This document shows positions 24,351 through 36,264 of a stretch of 64,000 nucleotides of DNA, piece by piece. The notes beneath the pieces were generated by a model. It did no database searches and was not told where the DNA came from. It saw nothing but the letters and a program-made list of their open reading frames with translations. Source of the DNA: Squalus acanthias. Lineage: Eukaryota. The stretch lies in the NCBI GenBank assembly GCA_030390025.1, contig JASTWF010000324.1, forward strand, positions 62,001 through 126,000. The letters are read 5' to 3'. The translations under genes were made by a program, and so were the position numbers. Position 1 is the first letter of the stretch. Every line of letters starts with the position of its first letter.

Positions 24351-25234
24351 ATGCAGAGTACAATACACGTTCGATTGCCTGCCATTGTACATCCCTCACA
24401 TTGAAAAGTGCAGAAATGTTAGAAAAAGCAAAACAGCAGACACAGCACTGGATCCAAAAAAAATGCTGAAAAATAAAAGATATATATTTATATATCATGG
24501 CAAACTCAGTCAATAAGAGGCATGAAGTCCAGCTGTCAGTGTTTATTATAATGGGAGCATTCTCTGCAGCTGTTTTGCAGATGGATGTGGATTTTATTTG
24601 TAATCAGCACTTTATAATACACTACACGCTCCCCTTAGGCTGCCCGTCAATGTTTAATTTTCAGACACTTCGACTGAGGCACAGTTTAAGTCTCAGCACT
24701 GCAGCATTAAGTGAGCGCACCTGACAGAGGAGAGTCGGAGGGCAGGCGTTACCACACCCGCGCGCTACCATGACTCAATCTAAGGACCTGTATTTCTATA
24801 GCGCCTTACACAGCCTCAGGACGGCCCAAAACGCTTTACAGCCAATGAAGTACTTGTGAAGTGTAGTCGCTGCTGTAATGTAGGAAACGCGGCAGCCAAT
24901 TTGCGCACAGCAAGCTCCCACAAACAGCAAGGTGACAATGACCAGATCATCTGGGCTGTTTAAAAGCAAAACTCCATCCGAGGAAGAGAAGCAACTGCGA
25001 TCAGCTGGATTTACTCTCTGCGCTGTTCCTCTCTCTTCCCCTGATCTCCGCGAGGGTCCGACTGCCCTGCCCACCAGATCCGGTGATCATCAGAAGAACG
25101 CAAAGGGAAACTCAGTCAAACAGGCTTCACACGAGTGCACATGAGCAAGCACATGACATTTTAAACCACTGGAGCATTTAAGACTCAAGCCTAAATGTCA
25201 AAGTATAACACTCTCTCAAATGGGTGAGACTAGA

Positions 25235-25870
25235 CAACAACAACAACTTGCATGTATCCAGCGCCTTTAATGCAGTAAAACATCCCAAGGCGCTTCACAG
25301 GAGTGATTATCAAACAAAATGTGACACGGAGCCACGTAAGGCGATATTAGGACAGGGGACCAAAGAGGGAGGTTTTAAGAGTCTTAAAGGAGAGAGAGAG
25401 GCGGGCAGGTTTAGGGAGGGAATTCCAGAGCTCAGGGCCCAGGCAGCTGAAGGCACGGCCGTCAATGGTGGAGCGATGGAAATCAGGGAAGTGCAAGGAT
25501 TGGAGGAGCACAGAGATCTGGACGGGTTGTGGGGCTGGAGGAGGTTACAGAGATAGGGAGGGACGAGGCCATGGAGGGATTTGAAAACGATGAGGAGAAT
25601 TTTGAAATCGAGTTGTTGCTGGACCGGGAGCCAGTGTAGGTCAGCGAGCACAGGGGGTGATGGGTGAAGGGTGAAGGGGACTCGGTGCGAGTTAGGACAC
25701 GGGGCAGCAGAGTTTTGGATGAGCTGAAGATTACCGAGGGTGGAACGCGAGAGGCCGACCAGGAGAGCGTTGGAATAGTCGAGTCTGACGGTAACAAAGG
25801 GCAGGGATGAGGGTTTTAGCAGCGGATGAGCTGAGGCAGGGGCGGAGACGGGCGATGTAACGGAGGGTGG
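25235..25870 (-). mobile_element. L2-like LINE 3' end
   Basis: LADLHWLPVQQQLDFKIL...LHGLVPPYL ORF2 C-terminus and a (gtt)n tail. Related copies at 5960-6113(+), 15790-16280(-), 18758-19100(+), 42825-43023(-), 46215-46460(+) and 51400-51725(+). Confidence 0.85.
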
Positions 25871-26518
25871 ACGGAGGCGGTCTGGGTGATGGAGCGGGTG
25901 GGGTGGACAGTGAGTGCCTGTGGGCTATTCGACCATCATGGGACATCCTGGCCTTTCTCCCGGAACTCCACGTAGTAATCTTCGAGGTGGGAACCCTGGC
26001 CTTAGCCCCTGGCACTGAGGATTAACGTACTGCCGCTAAGCGTAGGCCAGAGATCAACCGCTGACCCTTGGGCTCAATACCAGACAGCGCATTGATCAGC
26101 CAATAGCGAGTGGAGGAATCTCCCACCGAGGCTTCTACAGAAAGCTCAGACATTCCAGCACCACAGGGAGATATTGTCAGGCTCCACGGGAGCCCCGGAC
26201 ATTCCAGGTCAGGCGTCTGCAACACGTGGACACCGAGCCCACCAGCTCTCTGCCAGAGCAGCATCACAGAGGGTCAACAGTCACTCAGTGAAGAGCCCGC
26301 ACTTCGTGGCCTGCTCTACATCAGTGCAAGTCCTTATTCCTTGCTCTGAACTCCTTCATTGTTGGGACAGGCGCGAGGAGCCCTGGGATGTTGACCCTCC
26401 ACCACTGGAGGATGTTACCCCGGGTAGCACAACGGACCAGGGCCCCTCGATGGGTCACAGCACAAACAAGCTCTGCAGCTCAGGAACCATCAATGGCACC
26501 AACTGGCTCCTAGACGTT

Positions 26519-27988
26519 AGGTGGGGTTGGGGATATGGGTAGAAGGTGGGTAGGTGGGGTTGGGGGGATATGGGGAGAAGGTGGGTAGGTGGGGTTGGGG
26601 GGATATGGGGAGAAGGTGGGTAGGTGGAGTTGGGGGGATATGGGGAGAAGGTGGGTAGGTGGAGTTGGGGGGATATGGGGAGAAGGTGGGTAGGTGGAGT
26701 TGGGGGGATATGGGGAGAAGGTGGGTAGGTGGAGTTGGGGGATATGGGGAGAAGGTGGGTAAGTGGGGTTTAGGGATATGGGGAGAAGGTGGGTAGATGG
26801 GGTTTAGGGATATGGGGAGAAGGTGGGTAGATGGGGTTGAGGGATATGGGGAGAAGGTGGGTAAGTGGGGTTTGGGGGATATGGGGAGAAGGTGGGTAGG
26901 TGGGGATGGGGATATGGGGAGAAGGTGGGTAGGTGGGGATGGGGATATGGGGAGAAGGTGGGTAGATGGGGTTTAGGGATATGGGGAGAAGGTGGGTAGG
27001 TGGGGTTTGGGGGATATGGGGAGAAGGTGGGTAGATGGAGTTGGGGGATATGGGGAGAAGGTGGGCAGATGGGGTTGAGGGATATGGGGAGAAGGTGGGT
27101 AGGTGGAGTTGGGGGATATGGGGAGAAGGTGGGCAGATGGGGTTGAGGGATATGGGGAGAAGGTGGGTAAGTGGGGTTTGGGGGATATGGGGAGAAGGTG
27201 GGTAAGTGGGGTTTGGGGGATATGGGGAGAAGGTGGGTAGGTGGAGTTGGGGGGATGTGGGGAGAAGGTGGGTAGGTGGAGTTGGGGGGATATGGGGAGA
27301 AGGTGGGTAGGTGGGGTTGGGGGGATATGGGGAGAAGGTGGGTAGGTGGAGTTGGGGGGATATGGGGAGAAGGTGGGTAGGTGGAGTTGGGGGGATATGG
27401 GGAGAAGGTGGGTAGGTGGAGTTGGGGGATATGGGAAGAAGGTGGGTCGGTGGAGTTGGGGGATGTGGGGAGAAGGTGGGGATGGGGATATGAGGAGAAG
27501 GTGGGTAGATGGGGTTTAGGGATATGGGGAGAAGGTGGGTAGATGGGGTTTAGGGATATGGGGAGAAGGTGGGTAGATGGGGTTTAGGGATATGGGGAGA
27601 AGGTGGGTAGGTGGAGTTGGGGGATATGGGGAGAAGGTGGGTAGATGGGGTTTAGGGATATGGGGAGAAGGTGGGTAGGTGGAGTTGGGGGATATGGGGA
27701 GAAGGTGGGTAGATGGGGTTTAGGGATATGGGGAGAAGGTGGGTAGATGGGGTTTAGGGATATGGGGAGAAGGTGGGTAGATGGGGTTTGGGGATATGGG
27801 GAGAAGGTGGGTAGATGGGGTTTAGGGATATGGGGAGAAGGTGGGTAGATGGGGTTTAGGGATATGGGGAGAAGGTGGGTAGATGGGGTTTAGGGATATG
27901 GGGAGAAGGTGGGTAGATGGGGTTTAGGGATATGGGGAGAAGGTGGGTAGATGGGGTTTAGGGATATGGGGAGAAGGTGGGTAGGGGG
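26519..27988 (+). repeat. G-rich ~35 bp minisatellite, ~40 copies
   Basis: Unit gggatatggggagaaggtgggtagatggggtttag with variants; almost no C on the plus strand. Confidence 0.95.
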
Positions 27989-28004
27989 GGGATTGAGTGA
28001 ATAG

Positions 28005-28848
28005 CAGAACTTGCATTTCTACAGTGCCTTTCATGCCTGCATGACGTCCCAAAGCGCTTTACAACCAATGAAGTACTTTTTGAAGTGTAGTCACTGTTGT
28101 AATGTAGGAAACGCAGCAGCTAATTTGCACACAGCAAGATCCCGCAACCAGCAATGAGATAATGATCAGATAATCTGTTTTAGTGATGTTGGTTGAGCAA
28201 TAAATGTTGGCCAGGACACCAGGGAGAAACCCCTGCTCTTCTCTGAAATAGTACAATAGGATCGTTTACATCTACCTGAGAGGGCAGATGGTGCCTCGGT
28301 TTAACGTCTCATCCAAAAGGTGGCACCTCTGACAGTGCAGCGCTCTCTCAGTACTGCCCCTCCGACAGTGCGGCGTTCCCTCTGTACTGCCCCTCCGACA
28401 GTGCGGCGCTCCCTCAGTACTGCCCCTCCGACAGTGCAGCGCTCCCTCAGTACTGCCCCTCCGACAGTGCAGCGCTCCCTCAGTACTGCCCCTCCGACAG
28501 TGCAGCGCTCCCTCAGTACTGCCCCTCCGACAGTGCAGCGCTCCCTCAGTACTGCCCCTCCGACAGTGCAGCGCTCCCTCAGTACTGCCCCTCCGACAGT
28601 GCAGCGCTCCCTCAGTACTGCCCCTCCGACAGTGCAGCGCTCCCTCAGTACTGCCCCTCCGACAGTGCAGCGCTCCCTCAGTACTGCCCCTCCGACAGTG
28701 CAGCGCTCCCTCAGTACTGCCCCTCCGACAGTGCAGCGCTCCCTCAGTACTGCACTGGGAGTGTCAGCCTGGATTCCGTGCTCAAGTCTCTGGAGTGGGG
28801 CTCGAAGCGACGACCATCTGACTCGGAGGTGAGAGAGCCACCCACTGA
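28005..28848 (-). mobile_element. Deu-domain SINE with a 33-bp expansion
   Basis: Tail, body, array 28327-28757 and head are all colinear. Confidence 0.85.
28327..28757 (-). repeat. 33-bp SINE-internal minisatellite, ~13 copies
   Basis: Highly homogeneous cagtactgcccctccgacagtgcagcgctccct units. Confidence 0.95.
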
Positions 28849-28954
28849 CGATACACGTCACTGCATCATGGGACGAGTACAGTTACATCAGCTTCAACAG
28901 ATTGTGGCAGTGTGAGGGAAGGGGGAAATGTCAGTGGTTGTCTTCGGAAGGAAG

Positions 28955-29430
28955 ACGGGCCTTGGAGGGAGTGCAGCATAGATTTACCAGAATGATACCC
29001 GGAATCCAATGGTTAAATTATGAGGAGCGATTACACTGGAATTTAGAAGGTTAAGGGGTGATTTGATCGAAGTTTTCAAGATATTAAGGAGAACTGATAG
29101 GGGAGATAGAGAGAAACTATTTCCGCTAGTTGGGGATTCTAGGACTAGGAGGCATAGTCTAAAAATTAGAGCCAGACCTTTCAGGAGTGAAGTTAGGAAA
29201 CACTTCTACACACAAAGGGTGGTCGAAGTTTGGAACTCTCTTCCACAAACGGCAATTGATGCTGGGTCAATTGTTAATTTTAAGTCTGAAATTGATAGTA
29301 TTTTGTTAACCAAAGGTATGAAGGGATATGGGCCAAAGGCGGGTATATGGAGTTAGGTCGCAGATCAGTCATGATCTCATTGAATGGCGGAACAGGCTCG
29401 AGGGGCTCAATGGCCTCCTCCTGTTCCGAT
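28955..29430 (+). mobile_element. CR1 LINE 3' end
   Basis: IEVFKIL...HFYTQRVVEVWNSLP followed by the 3' UTR. Confidence 0.88.
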
Positions 29431-29500
29431 GTTGTCGAGTTTGTTGAATCCTTCTCTCGTTCTGTCTATTTATAAATGCTGTTCATGTGTAATATCTTCC

Positions 29501-29588
29501 GGTTCTGAAGAAGGGACCATTCCCGAAACATCGACTGTCGTTTCTCTCTCCACAGCTGCTGCCTGACCTGCTCAGCGTTTCCTGTTTC
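29501..29588 (+). mobile_element. Penelope-like family B 3' relic with a decayed hammerhead motif
   Basis: GGTT-CTGAAGA-A-GGGA-CCAT-TCCC-GAAA-CATC-GACT followed by tttctctctccacagctgctgcctgacctgct, as in family B. Confidence 0.7.
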
Positions 29589-30216
29589 GCGAGCGGACTC
29601 GACTCAACCCTGAGAATGGACTCGGGGAGGTAGCCGCAGTTCCGCAGGAGGCCATCGGATGGCGGTGCCGCACACACATCCGTCTCCGTGTCCGCTCGGG
29701 AGGGCATGTCTGCTCAAAGAGAAACAAATCCTGGAAAACCAGCTGATCTGAGTCGTACCAGGCAGCCAGCAATCTCCGTCCTTCCCCTTGCCGAGCGTTG
29801 GCGCGACAGCTGGTATCTCTTGTCTGTCCCACACTCCCCTGTACACCTAGTGAACTATTCTGCCCCAATCGACCATCAACAATCGATGCAGGAATTCAGA
29901 AGCAGAATGCTTCGGAATTTAATCGCTTTCTCCTTCCTTGTCTCTCCTCTCCGATGCGTCACAGGCAAAGGAAAAAAGTTTTGCATTTCTACAGCGCCTT
30001 TCACGATCTCGGGACGTCCCAAAGCACTTTACAGCCGATTGGGCAGCTTTTTTGAAGTGTCGTCACTGTTGTAATGCAGGAAACATGCCAGCCAATTCGC
30101 ACACAGCAAGCTCCCACAAACAGTAGTTCTGTGATAAATGACCCGATAATCTGATGCAGTGATGTGGCTGAGGCATAAATGCTTTTCCCAGGACACCGGA
30201 AGAACGCATCTGCTCA

Positions 30217-33200
30217 CTGTAAATTCACACACTCCCGGGGACCCCCTATAAATTCACACACTCCCGGGGACCCCCTGTAAATACTGACACTCCCGGGAAA
30301 AACCCTGTAAATTCACACACTCCCGGGGACGCCCTGTAAATTCACACATTCCTGGGGACCCCCTGTAAATTCACACTCTCCCGGGGACTCCCTGTAAATT
30401 CACACACTCCCGGGGACACCCTGTAAATACTGACACACTCCCGGGGACACCCTGTAAATTCACACACTCCCGGGGACTCCCTGTAAATTCACACACTCCT
30501 GGGGACCCCCTGTAAATTCACACACTCCCGGGGACTCCCTGTAAATTCACACACTCCTGGGGACCCCCTGTAAATTCACACACTCCTGGGGACCCCCTGT
30601 AAATTCACACACTCCCGGGGACTCCCTGTAAATACTGACACACTCCCGGGGACCCCCTGTAAATTCACACACTCCCGGGGACTCCCTGTAAATTCACACA
30701 CTCCCGGGGACTCCCTGTAAATACTGACACACTCCCGGGGACTCCCTGTAAATACTGACACACTCCCGGGGACCCCCTGTAAATTCACACACTCCCGGGG
30801 ACTCCCTGTAAATTCACACACTCCCGGAGACTCCCTGTAAATTCACACACTCCCGGGGACCCCCGGTAAATTCACACACTCCCGGGGACCCCCTGTAAAT
30901 TCACACACTCCCGGGGACTCCCTGTAAATACTGACACACACCCGGGGACCCCCTGTAAATTCACACACTCCCGGGGACCCCCTGTAAATACTGACACACT
31001 CCCGGGGACCCCCTGTAAATACTGACACACTCCCGGGGACCCCTGTAAATACTGACACACTCCCGGGGAAACCCCTGTAAATTCACACACTCCCGGGGAC
31101 CCCCTGTAAATACTGACACACTCCCGGGGACCCCCTGTAAATACTGACACACTCCCGGGGACCCCCTGTAAATACTGACACACTCCCGGGGACCCCCTGT
31201 AAATACTGACACACTCCCGGGGACCCCTGTAAATTCACACACTCCCGGGGACCTCCTGTAAATTCACACACTCCCGGGGACCCCCTGTAAATACTGACAC
31301 ACTCCCGGGGACCCCTGTAAATTCACACACTCCCGGGGACCCCCTGTAAATTCACACTCTCCCGGGGACCCCCTGTAAATTCACACACTCCCGGGGACCC
31401 CCTGTAAATACTGACACACTCCCGGGGACCCCCTGTAAATACCGACACACTCCCGGGGAAACCCCTGTAAATTCACACACTCCTGGGGACCCCCTGTAAA
31501 TTCACACACTCCTGGGGACCCCCTGTAAATTCACACACTCCCGGGGACTCCCTGTAAATACTGACACACTCCCGGGGACCCCCTGTAAATTCACACACTC
31601 CCGGGGACTCCCTGTAAATTCACACACTCCCGGGGACTCCCTGTAAATACTGACACACTCCCGGGGACTCCCTGTAAATACTGACACACTCCCGGGGACT
31701 CCCTGTAAATACTGACACACTCCCGGGGACCCCCTGTAAATTCACACACTCCCGGGGACTCCCTGTAAATTCACACACTCCCGGAGACTCCCTGTAAATT
31801 CACACACTCCCGGGGACCCCCGGTAAATTCACACACTCCCGGGGACCCCCTGTAAATTCACACACTCCCGGGGACCCCCTGTAAATACTGACACACTCCC
31901 GGGGACCCCCTGTAAATACTGACACACTCCCGGGGACCCCTGTAAATACTGACACACTCCCGGGGAAACCCCTGTAAATTCACACACTCCCGGGGACCCC
32001 CTGTAAATACTGACACACTCCCGGGGACCCCCTGTAAATACTGACACACTCCCGGGGACCCCCTGTAAATACTGACACACTCCCGGGGACCCCCTGTAAA
32101 TACTGACACACTCCCGGGGACCCCTGTAAATTCACACACTCCCGGGGACCTCCTGTAAATTCACACACTCCCGGGGACCCCCTGTAAATACTGACACACT
32201 CCCGGGGACCCCTGTAAATTCACACACTCCCGGGGACCCCCTGTAAATTCACACTCTCCCGGGGACCCCCTGTAAATTCACACACTCCCGGGGACCCCCT
32301 GTAAATACTGACACACTCCCGGGGACCCCTGTAAATACTGACACACTCCCGGGGAAACCCCTGTAAATTCACACACTCCCGGGGACCCCCTGTAAATACT
32401 GACACACTCCCGGGGACCCCCTGTAAATACTGACACACTCCCGGGGACCCCCTGTAAATACTGACACACTCCCGGGGACCCCCTGTAAATACTGACACAC
32501 TCCCGGGGACCCCTGTAAATTCACACACTCCCGGGGACCTCCTGTAAATTCACACACTCCCGGGGACCCCCTGTAAATACTGACACACTCCCGGGGACCC
32601 CCTGTAAATACTGACACACTCCCGGGGACCCCCTGTAAATTCACACACTCCCGGGGACCCCCTGTAAATACTGACACACTCCCGGGGACCCCTGTAAATT
32701 CACACACTCCCGGGGACTCCCTGTAAATTCACACACTCCCGGGGACCCCCTGTAAATTCACACTCTCCCGGGGACCCCCTGTAAATTCACACACTCCCGG
32801 GGACCCCCTGTAAATACTGACACACTCCCGGGGACCCCCTGTAAATACCGACACACTCCCGGGGAAACCCCTGTAAATTCACACACTCCCGGGGACCCCC
32901 TGTAAATACTGACACACTCCCGGGGACCCCCTGTAAATACTGACACACTCCCGGGGACCCCTGTAAATACTGACACACTCCCGGGGACCCCCTGTAAATA
33001 CTGACACACTCCCGGGGACCCCTGTAAATACTGACACACTCCCGGGGACCCCCTGTAAATACTGACACACTCCCGGGGACCCCTGTAAATACTGACACAC
33101 TCCCGGGGACCCCTGTAAATACTGACACACTCCCGGGGACCCCCTGTAAATACTGACACACTCCCGGGGACCCCCTGTAAATACTGACACACTCCCGGGG

Positions 33201-33999
33201 ACCCCCTGTAAATACGGACACACTCCCGGGGACCCCCTGTAAATACGGACACACTCCCGGGGACCCCTGTAAATACTGACACACTCCCGGGAACCCCTGT
33301 AAATTCACACACTCCCGGGGACCCCCTGTAAATACGGACACACTCCCGGGGACCCCCTGTAAATACGGACACACTCCCGGGGACCCCCTGTAAATACGGA
33401 CACACTCCCGGGGACCCCCTGTAAATACGGACACACTCCCGGGGACCCCCTGTAAATTCACACACTCCCGGGGACCCCCTGTAAATTCACACACTCCTGG
33501 GGACCCCCTGTAAATACGGACACACTCCCGGGGACCCCCTGTAAATACGGACACACTCCCGGGGACCCCCTGTAAATACGGACACACTCCCGGGGACCCC
33601 CTGTAAATACGGACACACTCCCGGGGACCCCCTGTAAATACTGACACACACCCGGGGACCCCTGTAAATTCACACACTCCCGGGTACCCCCGGTAAATTC
33701 ACACACTCCCGGGGACCCCTGTAAATACTGACACACTCCCGGGTACCCCCGGTAAATTCACACACTCCCGGGGACCCCTGTAAATACTGACACACTCCCG
33801 GGGACCCCCTGTAAATACGGACACACTCCCGGGGACCCCCTGTAAATACGGACACACTCCCGGGGACCCCCTGTAAATACTGACACACTCCCGGGGACCC
33901 CCTGTAAATACTGACACACTCCCGGGGACCCCCTGTAAATACTGACACACTCCCGGGGACTCCCTGTAATTACTGACACACTCCCGGGGAACCCCTGTA
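30217..33999. repeat. 29/31-bp minisatellite, 3.8 kb, with higher-order structure
   Basis: Interspersed units ctgtaaattcacacactcccggggacccc and ctgtaaatactgacacactcccggggacccc. Confidence 0.96.
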
Positions 34000-34156
34000 T
34001 AAATGATATATCACACTGCATGTTACAGGGTATAACGCTGCTGTACAATGTTCCCTGTAAGCTGCGCAGCCAGATTTCCGGCTTTTGAATGCTAAAACTG
34101 TGCAAACGCGGTATTTTGAATGGGCCGTGCGGCGCCAAAAAGCATTTAAGGGAACA

Positions 34157-36262
34157 TTACACAGGATATACGGCACAGAAACAGGCCATTCGGCCCAACC
34201 GGTCCATGCCGGCGTTTATGCTCCACTCGAGCCTCCTCCCATCTTTCCTCATCTAAATCTATCAGCATAACCCTCTATTCCCTTCTCCCTCATATACTTG
34301 TCCAGCCTCCCCTTAAATGCATCTATACTATTCGCTTCAACCACTCCCTGTGGTAGCGAGTTCCACATTCTCACCACTCTCTGGGTAAAGAAGTTTCTTC
34401 TGAATTCCCTATTTGATTTCTTGGTGACTATCTTATATTGATGGCCTCTAGTTATGCTCTTCCCCACAAGTGGAAACATTCTCTCTGTATCCACTCTATC
34501 AAAATGTTTCATAATTTTAAAGACCTCTATCAGGTCACTCCTCAACCTTCTTTTTTCAAAGAGAAAAAAGAGACCCAGCCTGTTCATCCTTTCCTGATAT
34601 GTATACCCTCGCATTTCTGGTATCATCCTTGTAAATCTTCTCTGCACCCTCTCCAGTGCCTCTATATCCTTTTTATAATATGGCGACCAGAACTGTACAC
34701 AGTGCTCCAAGTGTGGTCCAACCAAGGTTCGATACAGGTTTAGCATAACTTCCCTACTTTTCAATTCTATCCCTCTAGAAATAAATCAGAGTGCTTGGTT
34801 TGCTTTTTTTAAGGCCTTGCTAACCTGCGGCGCAAGTTTTAGTGATCTGTGTATTTGTACTCCGAGATCCCCAATTGTAAGATAGAATGTACCTGTAGGA
34901 TTTAGTAAACATTATTAAGATTTTAAACCATTATTAAATAACTATGATGTCTGACAAGGTGTGTTAAAAGCCGAAAGCCTGTATAAAATGGTAAACGGCT
35001 GAGAAGCAAAGCATGATGGTAAATTATGCCAACTTGATGTAATTCTGTAAAATGGTCTGTTCAGTAAACAAGGAGATAGTGAGGAACAAGAAATTCAGCA
35101 ACTTTGCAAAAGAAGATAGGGGGCTGGAGACAGTCACCACTCCGCCTTCTCAAAAATGCAGAACCGGCTAAACAATGAGCTGATTAAAAAGCAAAAAGAC
35201 ATCTGTGAGAACTTAGTGTGATATTACTGCCACGTAGGCAAAAGGGAGAAAAAGGGTATAAAAATACAGATATTGAACACCGAAAGCAGCGCGAAACCAG
35301 AGGAACAAGAAACTTCAGTCAACAGAACACAGCAAGAGAACAAAGAGACCGCGCCACAGTCACTCGGATGGAATGCCGGGGTTCGATGAACAGACTGCGA
35401 CTATCTCCTTGTTAAGTATTACTTCTTTGTACAGGATGTTTAATGCTTAATGAACCTGTTTTACTGATACACAATATACCTGTACCCAGAGTGGTTTGTG
35501 TAGTCACGGACAAATTATTCTAAAAAGCTTTCAAAAGCTACATTTGTTCCTCTACCCCACCCAGACTCGCACCCTCCAAGTAATAAGTGACCTTCCTATT
35601 TTTCCTACCAAAATGTAATACCTCACACTTATCTGTGTTGAATTTCATTTGCCAATTATATGCCCATTCTGCAAGTTTATTATGTCCTCCTGTAATTTGT
35701 TGCAGTCCTCCTCAGCATTGACTATTCCCCCCAATTTGGTGTCATTCGCAAATTTAGAAATTGTGTTTTTGATTCCAAAGTCTAAATCGTTAATATAAAT
35801 TGTGAACAAGCGGTCCCAGCACTGATCCTTGTGGAACACCACTACCCACCTTCTGCCACTGTGAATAGCTACCTTTTACCCCATCTCTGCTTTCTGTCTT
35901 GAAGCCAGCTAGCTATCCATTCTGCTACTTGTCTCCTGACTCCGCATTCTCTGACCTTATTCATCACTGTATTATGTGGTACCTTATCGAAGGCCTTTTG
36001 AAAATCTAGATACATGACATCTACTGCATTACCCTTGTCTATTCTCTCTGTTACCTCTTCAAAAATTCAATGAGGTTGGTCAAGCAAGACTTTCCCTTTT
36101 GAAATCCATGCTGACTATTCATTATTATATTTTTGGTTTCTGGATGTTCTTCTATTTTCACCTTTAGTAGGGATTCCATTATTTTTCCCGTCACCAATGT
36201 TAAGCTGACTGGTCTATAATTCCCTGGACATGTTCTACCTCCCTTCTTAAATATAGGTATTA
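34157..36262 (-). mobile_element. CR1 LINE, RT domain to 3' end, frameshifted and interrupted by a solo LTR
   Basis: PIFKKG...NYRPVSLT, QHGF, FTIYINDL, KFANDTK and HLEHCVQFWSP motifs across broken ORFs. Confidence 0.9.
34876..35542 (+). mobile_element. Probable solo LTR inserted in a CR1 LINE
   Basis: 667-bp insert with TGTA...TACA ends and a TATA-like gggtataaaata near 35255. CR1 sequence resumes on both sides (gagatccc...tttgttcctct). No clean TSD. Confidence 0.55.
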
Positions 36263-36264
36263 CA

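Noticed and set aside
26100..26510. VGAIDGS and VGDSS peptides suggesting a Harbinger transposase relic
   Set aside because: Immediate stop after the first motif, motif spacing looks too long, and no terminal repeats seen.
29609..29709. Possible extra BTRC exon behind the acceptor-like tttctctttgagcag (minus strand)
   Set aside because: No convincing donor giving a phase 0-0 exon and no similarity to beta-TrCP; RNA-seq would be needed to revive it.
30217..33999. CRISPR-like regular repeats (also 23442-24350 and 36265-37262)
   Set aside because: Head-to-tail units with no unique spacers, no cas genes, and a vertebrate intron context.
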